Origin: a virus
Strand: one strand, 5' to 3'
DNA: 64,000 nt
Virus record (IMG/VR): IMGVR_UViG_3300020579_000012
Location: 1-64,000 of that record
Shown: piece by piece, positions 61,085-64,000 of the stretch
Numbering within the stretch: position 1 is the stretch's first letter
How the letters are laid out: each line of letters starts with the position of its first letter
Translations under genes and position numbers: made by a program
Notes under the pieces: generated by a model
Told to the model about the DNA's origin: nothing
The model's database searches: none
The model's input: only the letters and a program-made list of their open reading frames with translations

Positions 61085-61483
61085 GTGACCAGAGTCGAAG
61101 TCCTCTTCGATCTCATCCGGACACAGGCGTCGCTCCGGTTCCCCTGGATCGCCCAGGTCAAGGTGAAGTTCTGTCCGATGGCCGACCGGGATCACGGGAT
61201 GAAATGGCGCCAGTTCGCCCATACAAATCATCGCGTGTACACGGTCTGTTTCGCGAAGGCGGCCGAGATCGAACTCTTCGACGAGGAGGTCCTCGGGATG
61301 TCGGCGCACGAGCTGGGGCATATCGTCGGGAAGCGTCTTCGATACCCGGAGCACTCGCGGCCGACGACGACGAAGAGGACCCCCAAGGCCGTCCAGGACG
61401 AGGCCGACAGGATCGCCCAGGAGGTCCTTGGGTTCGACGGCCTTCACTACAACCACCGGACGCTCCAGGAGCTTAGAGGATAG
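61085..61483 (+). CDS. small HExxH zinc metalloprotease-like protein
   Basis: MSAHELGHIVG motif; GTG start. Confidence 0.5.
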   Translation: MTRVEVLFDLIRTQASLRFPWIAQVKVKFCPMADRDHGMKWRQFAHTNHRVYTVCFAKAAEIELFDEEVLGMSAHELGHIVGKRLRYPEHSRPTTTKRTPKAVQDEADRIAQEVLGFDGLHYNHRTLQELRG

Positions 61484-61700
61484 TCTCCTCCGGCGTGTCC
61501 GGCAACGTGAAGGCGACCGTCATCTGGAACTCATAGATCAGCCGTTTGGCCGCGTCAATCGAGACGAGCTTCCAATAAAACGGGTCTCCGCGCTCGTCCC
61601 GGAACTGCAGGCAGGCGACGATCTCGTCGTCGGAGATCTGGATCCTGAGCGGACAATTGGAGCCCTTGATCGCATAGACCTTCAAGCGCCCAACCCCCAC
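61473..61700 (-). CDS. hypothetical protein
   Basis: ORF track, 75 aa; convergent with the late module. Confidence 0.45.
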   Translation of the reverse strand: MGVGRLKVYAIKGSNCPLRIQISDDEIVACLQFRDERGDPFYWKLVSIDAAKRLIYEFQMTVAFTLPDTPEETIL

Positions 61701-61735
61701 CCGGTCGCGCCTGCTATTTTATACGATCTCCAGGT

Positions 61736-61975
61736 CTAGCGCCAGATGCAGCGGCACCAGTCATGCTCGCCCTGATGATGGTTGCAGAGCCCGTAGATCT
61801 CCACCTTGCAGACGACGCACTTCTTGCAGTCCGAGCTCGAGACGGCGTTCCTCGCGATCGAGTACCTTCTCAGGATGGAGAATCTTGAGCGCGTCACGGT
61901 GAAAAGGGCCGCCAGCATGAACATTCCAAAGGATACCCCGAACGTCGCCTTCCAGTGGACCAGGATGCTCGTCAT
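61736..61975 (-). CDS. N-terminally anchored Cys-rich protein
   Basis: TM segment FGVSFGMFMLAALFTV, then CKKCVVC...CNHH...CRC. Confidence 0.5.
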   Translation of the reverse strand: MTSILVHWKATFGVSFGMFMLAALFTVTRSRFSILRRYSIARNAVSSSDCKKCVVCKVEIYGLCNHHQGEHDWCRCIWR

Positions 61976-62020
61976 GGCTCTCTCTCCTGCAGTACGGCAC
62001 TTTATAACAGTTCTGTGCAG

Positions 62021-62206
62021 CTACCCGGAACGGACCTTGTTCTTGTGGGACTTGAGCTCCTGCTTTGTCCTGTTCTGTCGACCGTGCCGTCCATGGTCCT
62101 TCGAGCTGCTTTGAGCCTTGTAGTCCCTATCCAACCTCTCGCAGAGATCGTCGCAGAAACGTCGATCGCCCAGGATTACTTCTCCGCACCAGAAGCAGGT
62201 TTTCAT
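62021..62206 (-). CDS. small zinc-ribbon protein with basic tail
   Basis: CFWCG...CDDLC. Confidence 0.5.
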   Translation of the reverse strand: MKTCFWCGEVILGDRRFCDDLCERLDRDYKAQSSSKDHGRHGRQNRTKQELKSHKNKVRSG

Positions 62207-62228
62207 GTATTATTTTACACAAAGAAGA

Positions 62229-62411
62229 TTACAGGGAGAGAGGCTTTCGCCCATGGATCTTCTTAAAGAGATCCTCGTACACCTTCCTTGCCTTCGGTCC
62301 GCTGACGAAGCACTTACCGCCGCCAGCTATGAACCCTCGACGCCCCTTCTTCCTTGGGGCGAGAAGTGAAAGGCTCACGTAGTACGCCTTGTCTCGATGC
62401 GCCTTGTCCAT
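62229..62411 (-). CDS. small basic protein
   Basis: ATG at 62411 (MDKAHRDKAYYV...). Confidence 0.35.
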   Translation of the reverse strand: MDKAHRDKAYYVSLSLLAPRKKGRRGFIAGGGKCFVSGPKARKVYEDLFKKIHGRKPLSL

Positions 62412-62419
62412 GAAACCCC

Positions 62420-62662
62420 CTAATAGAGGTCTTCGCTCATCAGAACAGTATAGAGCTTCGGAACCTGCCCAGCCTCGAACGCCACCTTTGCTGCTTCCTT
62501 CCTGTCTAAGAACTTTCCGCATTCGGTGACGAATCCCTGGGTCCCCCTGACCGGGGCGGCCTTGCGACCGAGCTCGTCGATGATTTTTTGAATCACGTCG
62601 TGGTGCCTACGGCCGGTCCAGACGACGCCACCGTGTATGATGGCGGCCTCTTTGATCCTCAT
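62420..62662 (-). CDS. conserved-looking small phage protein
   Basis: AAIIHGGVVWTGRRHHDV...QGFVTECGKFLDRKEAAKVA...SEDLY; family not named. Confidence 0.55.
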   Translation of the reverse strand: MRIKEAAIIHGGVVWTGRRHHDVIQKIIDELGRKAAPVRGTQGFVTECGKFLDRKEAAKVAFEAGQVPKLYTVLMSEDLY

Positions 62663-62692
62663 TTATCTTCCGCAGAGAAGATTACGTAGGGA

Positions 62693-62959
62693 TTAACATC
62701 TCTCAGCGTTCTCGTGAAGCACGCTCCTTGATGAGAATTCGTCATTTTTCATCGCCGTGAAGTGCTCCTTATTCACCCAGTACAGCTTTTGGTCAGCCTC
62801 GCAAATCACGAGCAGGTAGGTCTTATGTGAGAACCACGTATCCTTGACCCAGACGCCAAGAGCCCGGACTGGAGCGTCGGTGATCGGAGCGGCCTCAAGA
62901 TCATCGAAGTTGATCCTGAATACATTGCCCTTGATCGGTTCCTGAAACATCGAGACCAT
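62693..62959 (-). CDS. hypothetical protein
   Basis: ORF track, 88 aa. Confidence 0.55.
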   Translation of the reverse strand: MVSMFQEPIKGNVFRINFDDLEAAPITDAPVRALGVWVKDTWFSHKTYLLVICEADQKLYWVNKEHFTAMKNDEFSSRSVLHENAERC

Positions 62960-62976
62960 ATTCTCTCCTGAGAAGA

Positions 62977-63198
62977 TTACGTAGGGAGACTCCCCATAAA
63001 CTTCCTGGCGTCCTCTAGCGTATGGAGCCTATGAAGCTCTCCACTTAGAGGATGCTCGACCTCTACCACAATTGAGTTCCAAGCGAGCGTCCTATCTGAT
63101 CCGATGCGGTCGCCTTCGGCTTTATATTTGAATTGAAGTCCAGCCGCATGTAGCAGGCTCGCTATGGTGACCGCAACCTCATCAGCATCCATAATCAT
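62977..63198 (-). CDS. hypothetical protein
   Basis: ORF track, 73 aa. Confidence 0.5.
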   Translation of the reverse strand: MIMDADEVAVTIASLLHAAGLQFKYKAEGDRIGSDRTLAWNSIVVEVEHPLSGELHRLHTLEDARKFMGSLPT

Positions 63199-63419
63199 AA
63201 TCTTATTCCGAACCGTCTTGCGTACTCGTCTTTGAGCGCCGAAAGGCGGTCCTCTGCGATCTTAATCTCCGTCTCCAGTCGCGACTTATTGATTCGACCT
63301 TGGACCCGATAGCACTCAGGATTTCCACAAAGAATCCACTTCGCATAATACGGCTTCGCGTGGTCAGGCTCGTATTCGAACCTGCAGCCACAGTCCATCG
63401 GGATCTCAACGATCGCCAT
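63195..63419 (-). CDS. small Cys-containing protein
   Basis: ORF track, 74 aa; CGC...CGNPEC. Confidence 0.5.
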   Translation of the reverse strand: MAIVEIPMDCGCRFEYEPDHAKPYYAKWILCGNPECYRVQGRINKSRLETEIKIAEDRLSALKDEYARRFGIRL

Positions 63420-63592
63420 TAGTATCCACGTTCTTTCAGGTGCTTATCGACGGCATTGCTTACGGTATCAAGTAGCACCTTTCGGCAAGATTCGCATACC
63501 TCCGTATGCTTATTGAAGGTCTTTGCTTCTCTACTTGTGATTTTAGCACCAACCATCTTGAACAATTTCTTTTTGAACTGCTCGCAGGTCAT
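63419..63592 (-). CDS. zf-HC2 (anti-sigma-factor-type zinc finger)-like small protein
   Basis: ATG at 63592: MTCEQFKKKLFKMVGAKITSREAKTFNKHTEVCESCRKVL (C...H...C..C). Confidence 0.45.
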   Translation of the reverse strand: MTCEQFKKKLFKMVGAKITSREAKTFNKHTEVCESCRKVLLDTVSNAVDKHLKERGY

Positions 63593-63678
63593 AATCTTCT
63601 TCCACAATGAAACCGGGTTTATCGGGCCTTTCCCCGGTAAGCGGGTTCCAACTGGCACCCAACCCGCGATAGCCTTTC

Positions 63679-64000
63679 TTATTTAGCCGTCACCTCTTCT
63701 GCGGCCCGCCAGTCCGCTTCCCTATCGCCAAGCCGCCGATCCATCCTCTGGCACGTTTCCGGCTCAAGGTGGGCGTCATTCACGATCCGGAAGTAAAACT
63801 CGTTCCACCACTCTCTGATAGTTTGATCGGGATGTTTGTATCCCAGAATCTCAGCAGCGTGCATCAGGTGCAGTTGGAAGTGATGCGGGAGTTCGTCTAC
63901 CGAGCGAAAATACTCATTGGCGTATGAGTCTAGCTGATCGTATCCACTCAACCCAGATCCATCCGGCGGCCTTGGTATCGGGCCCGTAAAGGACCCCCCT
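63679..64000 (-). CDS. hypothetical protein (frame stays open to the right edge; possibly partial)
   Basis: ORF track plus own check: no in-frame stop between 63951 and 64000. Confidence 0.5.
   Translation of the reverse strand, partial: GGSFTGPIPRPPDGSGLSGYDQLDSYANEYFRSVDELPHHFQLHLMHAAEILGYKHPDQTIREWWNEFYFRIVNDAHLEPETCQRMDRRLGDREADWRAAEEVTAK

Noticed and set aside
34338-61483. Global stop-codon reassignment (TAG or TGA recoding) in late genes
   Set aside because: Late genes form long uninterrupted standard-code ORFs of up to 988 codons with normal stop usage. Only one isolated in-frame TAG (16400) was found, and it is in the early block.

Overview
The window reads as part of a large (>64 kb) virus or prophage-like element of a prokaryote. 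Genes are densely packed, with many ATGA/GTGA stop-start overlaps and AGGAGG-type ribosome-binding sites. There are three transcription blocks. (1) 1-33826, minus strand: about 75 mostly small genes. Recognisable ones are replication genes (DinG/XPD-like helicase, AEP primase fused to a D5-like SF3 helicase), a tyrosine integrase, a HerA/FtsK-type ATPase, GroES, several glycosyltransferases, a SAM methyltransferase, a nucleoside-deoxyribosyltransferase-like protein, an AT-rich homing-endonuclease-like gene, a SprT-like protease, a pentapeptide-repeat protein and more than 20 Cys-rich zinc-ribbon mini-proteins. (2) 34142-61483, plus strand: a late or structural module. I cannot recognise a terminase, portal, HK97-type capsid or tape measure in it. 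It contains jelly-roll-looking beta proteins, arginine-rich core-like proteins, many C-terminally membrane-anchored proteins, Gly-rich fibre-like proteins and a glycosyltransferase. (3) 61473-64000, minus strand: small genes. No rRNA, tRNA or CRISPR array was seen. Three recurrent intergenic motifs, a candidate replication origin and several interleaved inverted repeats are described. The main hypothesis is a large, tailless, internal-membrane-containing jelly-roll-capsid virus. All functional calls rest on motif recognition by eye, with no database search.
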